DNA of 63,004 bases, the filler included. It is 4 parts of 4 records of this genome, joined end to end, with 100 filler letters (N's around TTAATTAATTAA, not from the genome) between each part and the next. Parts side by side here need not be neighbours in the genome. Positions count along the whole stretch, not along the records: positions 41,341 to 57,090 come from SRR20825019_2788; positions 57,191 to 63,004 come from SRR20825019_2809; 2 more parts are not named here. One strand, given 5' to 3'. The notes below the pieces were generated by a model. It saw nothing but the letters and a program-made list of their open reading frames with translations, was not told the origin of the DNA and made no database searches. Made by a program: the position numbers and the translations under genes. Shown here in pieces: positions 45,431 to 57,824 of this stretch; the stretch's first letter is position 1, and every line of letters starts with the position of its first letter.

Positions 45431-48400
45431 ATGGCGACGAAGGCTAAGAAGGTCACTCGTAAACAAGTTGCCACTTCGGCCCCCCTCTTGGAGCCCGCAT
45501 CTCGCCCTGGAAGTGCCCAGAAGATACGCGCGGAGGCGTTGCTAGGTCGTGTCCTGCCGGTTTTGGACAGCTTCGCCGAAGCCAAGACATTGAGGGTGGG
45601 TTGGGCGGGCAATGGTGTGATGTTGCTCTGATCTTGCTCCGACAGTGCCGTTTGTCAGTCCTGGACAGTGAGCATGCGGAGCCCCATACTGATGATAGTA
45701 AGGAGAGCTTCATGAGCTTCGTCCATTCTCATAAGGCGTGTTTGTGCGGCCTGCCTAAGGGCATGGAGCCCAGCGGGCCCCCCATCCCCCCCGCCATGAC
45801 TGAAACATGGAAGACCGAGGCCGAGGACGAGGCGCGCCAGCTGCGTGAAGCACTGGCGGCCCACGGGGGGTCGGAGAGCCACCCGGCGCCGAAGGTGGCG
45901 CCGCCGGACTCGGAGGACGAGTTCAAGGCGCTGTTGAATGCGCATGGCATTCATACGGTGGAGTGGGGGTCACGCTCATACAATAATGTGAAAAGCCTGC
46001 TGGCCACCCTGAAGGACGGTAAGGGCATTCTGCGCAAGAAGGGAGAATCCTTATACCTGGAGCTCCATATGGCGACACTCGTGTTGCCCGAGCCGCGCAC
46101 CGAGGCGGAAAGCGACAGGATCCAGCGGAGGTCCATTGTGGACCTGGCGGGCGCAGAGCACCTGGCAGGTCATGAGCGCTACTTGATTGAGACACACCAG
46201 ACACTCGTGGACAATCGGATGAGGGCCCGGTTCCAAAGCCCCATCACGACCATCCGGCTTGGGCATGGGGAGTCCTGCTATGATGCAGCCAGGCGCCTTC
46301 TAGTGGAGGAGCTCGACGAGACACGGTCCAATGATCGCAGGTTTGGGCATGACCGGGGGGTGTTGTTGATGTCTGACAGTCCTTTTCTTTGCGCAGGATA
46401 CGACAGAGCGTGGCCAACCACAAGTATGTCTGCACCTGTGCCCACACCAGCCACAAGGTGACAGTGCGTGACCTGCCATCACCTGACTACCCCACCCTTC
46501 CTACAAGGATATTCCTCCACCACGTGGCCGCTTACCACGGCAGCTTGCCGACGCGAGCTTTCTGCACGCCATCACGGAAGGCGGGTGATGTGTCCGTGCG
46601 ATACTGGGACTGGTTCGATGAGCCCTTGTGGTTGCGCACCATGGCCTCGGCATGGGAGGACAAGAATACCACCGGTCAGGCCTCCAAAGGAGATGCAGCC
46701 GCGGTGTTGCAGGCCAGCGCAGGGAGTGTGGAGATCGACTGGGATGTGGAGGGCGAGGCGCTAGATAGGTCCACTGAGAACTTTGTGCTTACGACCCTGT
46801 TCCCATCGTGGGCCAAACTGGGTGTGAAGATCCTTGCGGGCGGGTTTTCAGGCTCGCTGGTAGTCATAGTGAAAGGGCATGATGTGCAAGGCAACCTCCA
46901 GACACCGTGCGTGGCCAAGCTTGATCGATGGGAAGCGATATCGGATGAGTACCAGAATTTTAAGCTGATTGCCGCGGATCTGGGCGACAACTCCCCCGCG
47001 GTGCTTTCCACAAGCTTACACATCCTGCCCGATGTCTGCGCTAAGGCAGGGCTTCGATTCGAGCTGGCCGGGGCGTGCTGGAACGACCCTAAGTTCATGG
47101 ACAACGTGAAAATCAATACATACAAAGACACCTTCCTACAGCAAAGCCAGTTGCAGGATGACGGCGCTGGTATGGACTCTTTGCACTTTGGTGATATCCG
47201 TGCTGTGATCAAGGAGGTGTTCGGGGACATCATGGTAGGGATCGGCATGGGTGCGAGGTAGGGGTCACTGACTCTATGCAGGTGGAGTCAACCTTTAACA
47301 AGAGCGTCAAGAAACGCGGGAATCTCTTTGCTGAATATGAAATAGCCGAGAGCGTGAGTCGATACATATTCGATGAAGCCCCGGAGGCGAAAAAGAAGAA
47401 GAGACCGATGAATCCATCCGTCCTTGAGGAGATAAGAAAAGGCGGGCTTGTTGAGCTGTTCCAACGGTTTCGGGAGCACGTGACACTCCAGTCTGTTGGA
47501 GAAGGGGACCACTACTATGGAGTGTGTCATGGTAGGCAATTGTACCTCTGCCATGTGATGTTGTTGACCATGTCCAGGGGATTTGAATGGAGCAAATATC
47601 CTGATAGATTTCTACGAGGTCATCTGGCTTATTGATTTCGCGTAAGTTCTTGTTGTTATCTCACTTGCTGTGGACTAAGCTGGGTCCCTTGCAGCACCAC
47701 TGGGCACATGCACATCATGAAAGACTTGTGCAAGGTAGCAATACTAATTCTGGTGACAGCCACGCTTGGCTAATACTGTCTTTTCAGCTCGAGTCCTGCG
47801 TGCTTCTGGAATACATCAATACCAGCGGCTCCGATACGAGCTACGAGGATGCAATGGAGTTGATTGCATGCCTAGCCTCCATGGATGACCTGTCCACCCC
47901 TGTCCCCCCACTTCATGCCATACCCACGCTACCGTCAAATGTCGCTGGTGCGGCTCCTTCCCTGGGCATTCGCATCGCGTGGGCGGCCATTATAGAAATC
48001 CGTCATCACATTTCGCGATTCTGCAAAGATGTGACCTCGCCTCTCGAGTATGCCTTGCCATTTCTGTACTTCTCCCTCAAGGCGCTGTCCTTCCGTGAGA
48101 CTTCAATGGAGTACAAACGGCTCGCCATTCACGCGTGCAGATGCTTTGCGACCAAAATCCTGTCTATCCTAAACCCAGAGGCACTGAGCGAGGACGAGAA
48201 GTCGCTGGTTCAATGCCGATCCGGCTTTCGCGCGTCATCTTCGAACGATGTCGATAATGAAGCCGTGAGCGCATTGGAGGTTGATCTCGAAGAGCAGCAG
48301 AAGAAGTACCTCAGCTTCGTCCAAATGAAGTTCGGGCGTATTGTTGATCCGATCGGTGGCCAGGTGTTGAATGTGTGGGAGAACTGTGTCCCCATTAAGG

Positions 48401-51400
48401 TCCTCCAGGCCCGTGAACAGGATGAAATGATGTCCCAAAATCGCGCGGTCGATGATATCAAGATGGAAGATGACGAAAATTCCGTTGATGCCGTAACCAT
48501 CCTGCTACCCTTCAAGAAATGGGAAGAGGAGAATGAATTCTTGGCGGATCGGGACGAGCAGTTTCCCGGGGCGGCATGGCATGAGTTTGAATATGTGATG
48601 ACGGACAACGCCGGGGATGCGAGTGATGGCCCCACACCTGTGACCATGGCTTGCGAAGGCATTAAGCGAGGTCCACCGGTGGACGTTAACTTGCGATATG
48701 AAGAGGTCCAAACGGCACCAGCAGCAAAGAAGTCAAAAGCAAAGAAATCTGGGGGCCCTACCCGTAGCAGTTACACCAGGGAGGTCCGCACTGGCCCGGA
48801 GAAGCTCGTAGCAGGGGGTTTCATCCCGTGTCTTCACACGGCGTCCGGGCACTCTGCATCCTCATATGTGCGCTGCAAGAGTTGCCGAATGGTCTTTCAT
48901 GATGTCGAGTGCTTTGTGCGGAGCCACTCCGCCGATCCCAAGGAGTTTGACGACGAAGCCATGGACGACCGTCGCCTCCAGGAGGCTCATGAAGAGAACC
49001 ACACAAAAGGATATTTGAACGGGGGTGTGTACAGCTCCGCGGGCCATGAAATCATCGTGAACTCTCCATATGTCTTTGATGCGGGAGAGCCGGTGAAGGA
49101 GCTCGAACAGAAACTCAAGAGGACACGTGCCTGCCCTTGTGGCGCCCCGGCCTCCGAGTTTTTGAAGTATGCTTCTCACACCGCCCAATTTGACCAGCTG
49201 GCGAAGCATTGCTCCCAGTCGTTCTGCGATGTGATAATCGCGCCGGCCGATCACATGTTTGTGTGCAAGTGCTGCCAACTCGTAAGACGGCTGCGCTCAT
49301 TATTGATGCTGATTGTGCTAACGCGACACCTGCAGGTTTTCCACAGCTCAAGGTGCTTGGTCCAGAGTCACGTTTGTCTGCCCCCGGGCCCCGTCCCCAT
49401 CCCCGATGACTCACCTTATCTGAGGCTTTCGGACCTCCTGGATGAACCGCGCCTTCCTGTCGAGGAAAACAAGTTCTGGTTAATGCCTTCTCTTCCTGAT
49501 GACAACAAGTACGTGGTTCTGGGACCCGCGGCCAGCGGCAAGAGCGTACTCCTCAAGCGTCTACTGGTGCAGTCCGCCATGACCCAGACCCTGGGCGGGG
49601 CCACGATTGTGCCGTACCTCGTGATCCTTGTTGATCTCGCCCGGTTGGTTGAGAAGCTTGGGCTGCGATCAAGCGACGATCTCATTGACCACTACCTCCT
49701 TGACAAGCATGGAAAGTATTCCAGTCGATACGCATACCTCTCTCACGCAAGGAAGCGAAAACAGCTGTACATCATGATGGTAGGTGATTTGTACCGTGGC
49801 GCGAGAATCTGCTGACGACAGTGCCTCAGGACGGCCTTGATGAGACCGGCTTTGCCAGGGCCACCATTGAGGACTACATCGGAACGCACCTCTACGGAGA
49901 GGGCCTCCCCCTGCTCATTTCTTCTCGCCATGCCGGGTTCGACCGAAACAAGTATAGATCGTGGAAGTTTGTACTCATCCGCCCTCTGACCCAGGATTTG
50001 CGATTGTCGCTTTACAAAGCACGGTTTGGCGACGATGGCTTCTATGAGTTTTCCAACAGCTTGCAAGCCATGGATGAGAACTTGATCTCAATGACTGGCA
50101 CACCACTGCTGTTCAGTCTGTATTGCTTAGTCTACCGTCTGCAGCAAGAAGAGGGACTGGGGCGCGCGGAGATCGACAGGGGGATGTTGTACCGCGTCGG
50201 TATCGAGCTCATGCTCAAAAATTTGGACGCTGCGAAATTCCGAGGGAAAAAGAAGGTTGGTGCTGAGGAGCTAGGGTCGCAAGAGTGGGAGGAGCACGTT
50301 CATTTCTTGAGCGCCCTAGCGTTTGATCGGCACTGCAACGACGTCGAGAGCCGTGATATCATGCGCCCACACATTGCCGCGCTCGAGTCCAAGCTACGCA
50401 AGGGAGCCATGGTCAATCCTGGTCTCAACACCTCCAACGTGGCTGCGGTATGGGAGCGGCTGGAGGCCGGGGTGCGCTCTGGCAGGGTGCCTCTCTTGAC
50501 ATGTGTGGAGGACAACGTCCAGAGAGATCTGGCCATCTATCGCTTTTCTCATTTGACCTTTCAGGAGTATCTTGCCGCAAAGGTGGCGGTGATGAGAATT
50601 AAGGAGATAATGTCCATGGGGAGCCGTGAGGAGGCGCGGAAGGAGTTTCTAAAGTCGTTCACCAACAATGACAAGGAGCCCTACAACATGCTTTACCATG
50701 CATGGTACCGGCAAATGGTTGCACTGACGGCGGCAATTCTCCCCGATGACGCCTTCCGGTGGTTCTTTTGTCACCTGTCGTCCATCCAGGATAGCCGCGT
50801 CGTCTACGAGAGCCTTCCTCTCGTTGGGGAAGAAAAATTGCGTGCGAATCCTTCCTTCAATTTGTCTTTTGTCTTGAACACCAGTGAAGATGCAGTCGTC
50901 CTCTCTCCGAGGCTTAACTATGGTAATATGTTGAGCATGAAGCCGAGCGCGGAGGACAATCCAACTCAGGGCACAGTGGATGATGAAGAAGGCACGGATG
51001 ATATTCCACAGGAGGTCCGAGACATGATGAAGTTAAAGTTTCCTAAAAGAGTCATCGTGCCAAACCAAGACCTGGCAGCAAGAGTCAGGGAGAACGGACT
51101 CAAGGACATCTACAGTGAGATGAGAGATGACGGTAGTCCTGTTGCCCTTTTCCAATCCAACCCAGTCGTTCTTTCCCTGATGTGCACATCAGGAACGTCC
51201 CACATTGATGTGTCGGCTGTTGTTGAGGATCGGGTTAAGGACCGGCGCCGCGGCTACAACGACGAAGAGGAGGGTCTTGCGGTGCTCATTACTTCTGTTG
51301 GTCCTACCACCATGGAAAGTCTCAAGTTCTTTGGGCTGGGTGGCAAAATGACCTTACCAATTGCTCTTTCCGTGATGTCCCGCATTGATTCAAACTTGAC

Positions 51401-54400
51401 GACTCTCCATATGTGCGCTGGGGGTCTCCCGGACGATGATGGGACTTGCATGGAGTTTGCTGATTCCCTGAGGCAGAACTCCACCATCACGGATCTCGAC
51501 ATTTCCAACAGTTCGGTCAGCGGCAACGGGCTGTTGGCTATCGTTTCTGCAATTGGTACCAAGATTCGCAAGTTGAATATTAGCAAGACCGTGCAATCCT
51601 CCGATATGATGATCTTATCCCCAATCTGCAACCACCTGGAATATACCAACGTTGAGTCCGTCAGGCTGGCCTATATAAGTGCGCTTTACTGCACTGGCCC
51701 GCTACTAGCCACTATCAATTCATTGGCATCGTTTATTTCCAACTCAAGTCATCTGAAAAGGATCGATTTGTCGGGCGTCCGCTTGACTGCCGAGGACTTC
51801 ATCTTGGCCCTGGGAAAATGCAATCTTGCGGAAAGACTCTACGAGAATGGAGGAGGGATCAGGATACTAGGCACCTTGCTGATGAGCATGGAACCGACGG
51901 TCCCCCTTTGTGTCCTAAATAGCGATCCAAGGCTTCGGTATGTCACCAAGGAGTCCGTTGCCATACAATACGCGGAGATCTGGGGGAGATCGAGGAACGC
52001 CTATGGCCTCGCAGCCAATGTGCGGAGTGCAGCAGGTAGTTTCGACAAAGCGTTTGACGCGATGAAGGGCACGCTGGATAGCCCCGAACAATGCCGGGGT
52101 TTGCTCTCGAAAGTGAAGAAGTTACGCGCTTCTCACCATCCCGAATTCGATGTTCTAGGTAGAATGAAGGGGTCGGATCCAGTTGATTTCTATCGAATCG
52201 GGCTGCTTGATCTGTGGACGATCGTGCTTGTATATGTGTGTGAGGTTCATTTTGGTGATCAAGCATGGGTAAGCATTAGCCGCGAGGTCTACGCTGAAGC
52301 AGTGCATGTGTTCCATAGGCTCTCAATGGCGTCGCTGCTAGGTTATACATGCTTGTCGTGGTGGCTATTCGAGTTGAGGCAGGACAAAACTTCTGTGGAC
52401 TACGCATTGGCGGTGCGCCACTTGATCACTAAGGGGTCTCTGTGTGCAATGCTCTACAAGGGCAGCTCCAGGCGTGACGGGGAATTATCCTCTAAATGGG
52501 TCATGATATTTTTCTCTGCACAGTACCACGTCATCAAGCATTTCAAGTCAACCGGATCCAAAAACGAACTGAAGAAGGCGCACCCAGAGATATGGAAGTG
52601 TATGATTCTTGATCTATCCACTTCCCTTTACATAGGTGAATTCGAAGACGGCGCAATCCACGAAATGAAAATGTTCTTCAAAGTTGCTCCTAGTGACGAG
52701 GAAGGGGAGTCCCCTTCTGAGTCTCCACTTGACGAGATGGCGGCCAGCATACGAAGCGAATCGGAGAACCCCCTAAGGGTGCTAAGAGTCAAAACAGCCA
52801 CAAGGCTTCATCTTGAAAGCATGGTCGAATTCGTGGCAACCGCCGCTGCCGGTCTCAATGAATATCTATTTGAGCTGCGAGGAGCCTCCCCTGATGACTT
52901 GATGAGAAATGCCGTGGATTTCCTCCGTGCGGTGCTCATGTATACATCGTACTTGAACTTTGCGTTCATGATGGGTATTGTGGAACATGTGAAGAAGGCT
53001 TGCGGTGGGAATGCGCTGTTTCATGAAACGAGGGACTTCGGGTACAACATGCCCCAGGCACCACCGTTGCCCCAAGTGGACGAAGCGCATCTAGGCGATC
53101 GCATGGGGGTAATGAATCTTCTTCATGGGGCCACGTGGGTGCGAGCGAGCCTCTTCCATCTGCTTTCAAGAGTGGACTCACCAGCGCGTGCCTTCTACCA
53201 CAAGTTCATGATTGGTAACATCTGCACTGGGGCATCTTTTCGCGGGCTGACCACCACTGTTTGTAGGACTTGGACTGGATGGAAAGAATGTTGCCAGGGA
53301 CCCCTTCATGGAGTTAGTGTTTGAAAATCTAGTCGAGGTGGGTTTTTGATGCTTGGTTTTATCGGGTTACCTGAACGCGCTTCAGATGGATTTATGCATT
53401 GGGAAGCACGGGGCCGTCACCAGCCTCGACAATCTTGCTGATATGGATATCACATCTGACGACAATACTGTCGATAACCTTTCTATCATCAAACTAATCA
53501 TCGGCAGCGAAGATGACCCTGCCGGCAGACCCCTGAATGAACGCTACACAAAGTTGAAGATGGAAGCATTCCTTGGCCATTTGGAGTCTGATGATATGGT
53601 GAATGACCCTTTCATGCGGTGGTGGCTGAACTTGATGCCCTCAGAGGGCGGAGAAGAGGGCAAAGTGGCGAAGGCAATGGCCGTAGCACCCGCAGATCCC
53701 CTGCGCTTGGTGTTCTATGAGATGGGGGCGATGCAACTTTATGAGGATGGATATTTTTTGCGTATGTATTCGTGTTTGCATCTCGTGGTAACGTCTCACA
53801 ACCTAGGGCAGATTTTATGGGGGCAACTGAGGGTCACAAGGAGATCAATGAGATATTCATTAAGCTCATACAAGCCATTGCCCTAGAGCCCAAGGAACAA
53901 TTTGCTGTTTGTGACTCTTACTCGAGGGACGAGAGGATGGAGGTGGTGGCGTACCTATCCTCACAGATGTTGTTGAGTGGCGGATTCTTAAAAGAACAAG
54001 CGGGCATTCTGGAGAAAGCATCGGTAATTCCAGACGATGAACCCATATGGAATATGACATTCTACGAGCTCCTGCATATTGGGGCGGAGGCAATTGACAG
54101 TTTTGAAGTCTCAGACCAAAAGTTAACCGCGCTGATTGTATGATACAAATTCTATCCTGTCGAGGGTTTGCTGACATTGAATTCCTGTAGGAATCAAGCG
54201 GTCTGCGCACCCTGCTAGACGTGGCATGGAGACTTCACGAGTATGGCTCGATAGTGCAGTATCCATCACTGCGACTCGCTCTAGATGCATGTAAGAAAAT
54301 GTCATTTGATTCGGTTGATGGTGGGCTGACAAGGACGGGGCAGATTCCTTAGAAGTGCAAGCAAAAACGAATCCGCGCCCGAAAGACACTGACTTTAGTG

Positions 54401-54803
54401 GTATGGACTCTTCTGCACTTGCCTTGGTGGCGCAAGCGGCGGTTTCGAAATGCATCGAGGAGATCCTTGAGCCGTTGGAGCTGGGTGGTATCGTCCGCGC
54501 AATTATGACGAATGATGGAGACGCCATCGACAAAGTGTTGCACGAGGCCGGGCTGTGTGAGAGAGCGGGCGAGATTGCCGGCAAGGTAATCATATTTGTT
54601 TGAACGTCGCCCCTGATACTGAGTGCGCATTGAATCCGCAGCAAGCAGACAAGTTCATGGGAGGCGAACCTCTTGATCCTCTGACGGCTCCGGAGTTGGA
54701 AGCTGTCAATAGGCTGGGGCCCTTACTGCTCGTCATGAAATTTGTTGAGAAAGCCCTCGACCACGGCAGGGATCATAGCTTGCCGTTCGGGTCATTGTCT
54801 TAA
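45431..54803 (+). CDS. Giant NLR-like STAND protein: Nudix-like, APH/TCAD9-like kinase, Cys/His fingers, NACHT NTPase, LRR, helical C-terminus; multi-exon
   Basis: Exons splice in frame; kinase GGFSGS..VAKLD..E..HG|DLNGANIL..IDFA|T..KDLCK|LE; Walker A GPAASGKS (49522-49545); Walker B LYIMM|DGLDE; GTPLL; YRFSHLTFQEYLAA (50538-50579); LRRs ITDLDISNS, IRKLNIS, LKRIDLSG; 3' exon structure after 53200 less certain. Confidence 0.82.
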
Positions 54804-54885
54804 CCTCTGGATGGAGCAGTGGTGCATCCATGGTTAGGGCAGAGTAAATCGGGCGTTGCAGATAAGATTTGGTGGCGCCACACTG

Positions 54886-56769
54886 TCACTCATGGTTCAG
54901 GGGAATACGTACGGAATCAAACACCGCCCCCGCGCTGCTCACTGCCTCCAGCTTCAATGCATCTCCCGTGGATGTCACCCTCCAATAATGAGCCTCTGGG
55001 AAGGCGCCCACTATCCTTCCTTGACCTTGAGGGTCACTCGCCTTGGCTTCGTACCAGACCCCCAGGCTCCCGTCACCGGCATATACGGTGCCCTGGCCTG
55101 GCGGGCTCACCTCCCCACCACGCAGCGGTGATGTTCGCTTGTACATATGAAAATGATGCTCAAAGGCCACGGGCACGTTGAACTCATCGAACAGTCCCGT
55201 GAGCACACGCTCCGTCTCCGCTGAGTGGAACCATTTCTTTGACTTGTGATGGGACGGCTGCAGCGGTATGTGGTACATCACCACAGTGCGCGCACCGGAT
55301 TCTCGGGCACTCTGGAGGTGCCTGCGGGCGAAGTCCATCTGAGCCTCATCAGTAAATGGCACGGTGTGACTGGAGTCCAGCGACAGCACCGTCAGTTCCG
55401 GTGCCACCCTGTGCCCATGCCACACAGTCCTGGCATTTGGCCCGGATGTTCCGTCGTAGGGGAAATATGTGAGGAAGAACTTGCCGTATCTTCTATTCAT
55501 AATGCGAAACTTGGAGTCCTCCACGTCATGGTTGCCTGGTGAGACTGCCAGAGGCACCGAGTCGCCCGCTGGTGTCACCATCAGCTCATCGTAATCTCTC
55601 AGCAGCCGGTCCCACCGATAGTAGCAGTTCAGGCCGCCGTTGCTGTAGGCAATGTCTCCTCCTAGCAAGAAAAACGCGGGTGAGTCGCGCGCCATGAGGC
55701 CAAGCAGAGCCCGCCACACTGACGACACCCCGGCATCCCCGCCTTCAGTGAAGGCCGTGTGGCTCCCAAAGGACGCCAAGGGACGGAGCTGTCGCCGGGC
55801 CCACCAGCCCTCGTCGCCTGCGTACACGTGATAGCGATCCTCGACCAAGCCGGTGACTTCAGCGTAGTACACATAACGATGGAAGGCCTCTGACGGCCCG
55901 CCAATCTCGCTAACGGTGGCCGCCATGCAGTGCGCCTCCGGGCCTGGTGCATCGGGCGGGGCATTCCCGTGGGCCGCGAGCCAGCACACCCGTGGGCTGC
56001 CGTAAGACTGTGGAGAATGGAACACGGCGACGATGGACGATGGCTCGGAGGCGAGCGTGAAGTACAGATGGCATGGCACGCCTGGCTCGCACGGAACGTC
56101 AACGCCCGCCAGCCAGCGTGTCATGGCCGTGGACCACTGGGTGGGATGGATACAAAAGCACAGCCCCGCCGCACCCCACATGGCCATGGCCAGGAGGACG
56201 CAGATCGACACAACCAGGCTCCAGCGGGCTGCAGCGGACAGCCGCCCCTCCCCACAGCAGACGTCCCGAATAAGGGACCTGACCCCACCAGAGCGAGTGC
56301 GCCCGGCCTTCCAGTTGTCTAATACCAGCACGAGAGGAAGGCAGGCGGCCATTCCTAGCAGCCAGCCGGCAAAGGCGCCAATGTGTCCCCCCGCCACCAG
56401 GGCGAATGGCATGAACCCGCACACCACAACGCAAAATCCAAACGAGTACCACCAGAGCACCGCCCCGAGGCAACTCATGAGGCAACCCCACGGCCCGCGC
56501 GCCGGCGGGCCATCTCCACTGCCTCCACCGGGCTCCACTGGTGACCCTGCCCGCGTACCTACCCGGCGCGCCATATGTGCCAGCCTATCCCAAACTGACA
56601 GTACACGGCCTTGCACTCCCGACGTTGCGGGCTGATACCGGGGGCCGCCCCGGTGCTTGCGTGCAGGCCAGCTTCCCGCCAGGAAGAATACCCATGCGTA
56701 CATGAAGGGCACCAGAGCCCCACCGCACAGTGCTGCCCACATGGTGCCGTCCTCAAGGTCTGAGCCCAT
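54886..56769 (-). CDS. Purple acid phosphatase (metallophosphoesterase) with N-terminal transmembrane helices
   Basis: GGDAG, GGDIAY, PGNHD, MYHIP, EHHFH, YAGDG; FN3-like PAP N-domain (HLYFT..VYYAEVTGL); hydrophobic N-terminal segments. Confidence 0.88.
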   Translation of the reverse strand: MGSDLEDGTMWAALCGGALVPFMYAWVFFLAGSWPARKHRGGPRYQPATSGVQGRVLSVWDRLAHMARRVGTRAGSPVEPGGGSGDGPPARGPWGCLMSCLGAVLWWYSFGFCVVVCGFMPFALVAGGHIGAFAGWLLGMAACLPLVLVLDNWKAGRTRSGGVRSLIRDVCCGEGRLSAAARWSLVVSICVLLAMAMWGAAGLCFCIHPTQWSTAMTRWLAGVDVPCEPGVPCHLYFTLASEPSSIVAVFHSPQSYGSPRVCWLAAHGNAPPDAPGPEAHCMAATVSEIGGPSEAFHRYVYYAEVTGLVEDRYHVYAGDEGWWARRQLRPLASFGSHTAFTEGGDAGVSSVWRALLGLMARDSPAFFLLGGDIAYSNGGLNCYYRWDRLLRDYDELMVTPAGDSVPLAVSPGNHDVEDSKFRIMNRRYGKFFLTYFPYDGTSGPNARTVWHGHRVAPELTVLSLDSSHTVPFTDEAQMDFARRHLQSARESGARTVVMYHIPLQPSHHKSKKWFHSAETERVLTGLFDEFNVPVAFEHHFHMYKRTSPLRGGEVSPPGQGTVYAGDGSLGVWYEAKASDPQGQGRIVGAFPEAHYWRVTSTGDALKLEAVSSAGAVFDSVRIPLNHE

Positions 56770-56960
56770 TGGAAACCTTTTCTATCCGAGTGTCAGGTGT
56801 TGAGTCCACAAATAAATGACATGTAAATGTTGGGGTGCCCTTGAGGGCGTGGATGGCGGTCCGGCGGGCAGACCGTAAGCCGAGGGCCTCCAATGCACCG
56901 GCCGGCTGGGCAGCGCCGCGGCAGCAGGCATGGTGACCCGTGCGCGGAGAAGCCTTCACA

Positions 56961-57085
56961 TGGTGGGTGGGTGGGTGGGTGGGTCGCGGATGCCTCAGCC
57001 CGCCGGCCGTCCGGTCCCGGGCCCCAGCGCACTAAGCCTGGCAAACCCGGCGGCGGCCAAGCGCCGGTTGGTTGGTTGGTTGGTT
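56961..57085 (+). repeat. Short microsatellites (GGGT)n and (GGTT)n at contig end
   Basis: tggtgggtgggtgggtgggtgggt; ggttggttggttggttggtt. Confidence 0.7.
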
Positions 57086-57090
57086 TATTA

Positions 57091-57190
57091 NNNNNNNNNN
57101 NNNNNNNNNNNNNNNNNNNNNNNNNNNNNNNNNNTTAATTAATTAANNNNNNNNNNNNNNNNNNNNNNNNNNNNNNNNNNNNNNNNNNNN
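57091..57190. other. Artificial contig linker
   Basis: N run with TTAATTAATTAA. Confidence 0.98.
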
Positions 57191-57820
57191 TTTTCCTTTG
57201 TCCAAAACTACAATACGCTCGCAAACTTCTGTTACATGAAGTAAATCGTGACTAGAAACTAAAACAGTAACATCGGCATCGTCTTTAAATTTTGTAATCA
57301 ATTTCTTCAATCTTATTTGAGTAGTTGGATCGAGATTTGCAAAAGGCTCATCTAAAATAATCACTTTTGGGCTTCCAATAAAAGCGGCTACAATCCCTGC
57401 TTTCTTCTGATTTCCTTTGGATAAATCTCGCAGATATTTTTTCCCGCCTAGAATTTCCCCATGGAAAAAATCTTCAAAATCTTCTAAAAATTTATCAATA
57501 TCCTCTTTATTCTGTCCGCGTAGTTCCCCAATAAAATAAAAATATTCTTCAGGAGTTAAATAGCCAATTAAAAAAGTTTCATCTATAAAAGCGGAGGTTA
57601 AAGGCTTCCAATCTTCACTCTCATTTACTTTAATTTCATTATTCAATACAAATCCGGTAGTTGGCTGTATTAAATCTAGTAGCAAGCTAAAAAGTGTAGT
57701 TTTTCCAGCTCCATTATTTCCTACCAACCCAAATATTTGTCCGCTAGGAATTTGAAGTTCGTCTATGGATAAAACTGTATTTCCGTTATATGTTTTTGAA
57801 AGGTTTTCTATAGTAATCAT
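57191..57820 (-). CDS. ABC transporter ATP-binding protein, 3' truncated
   Basis: GNNGAGKTT, LSKGNQKK, ILDEPFANLD, SSH. Confidence 0.93.
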
Positions 57821-57824
57821 AATC

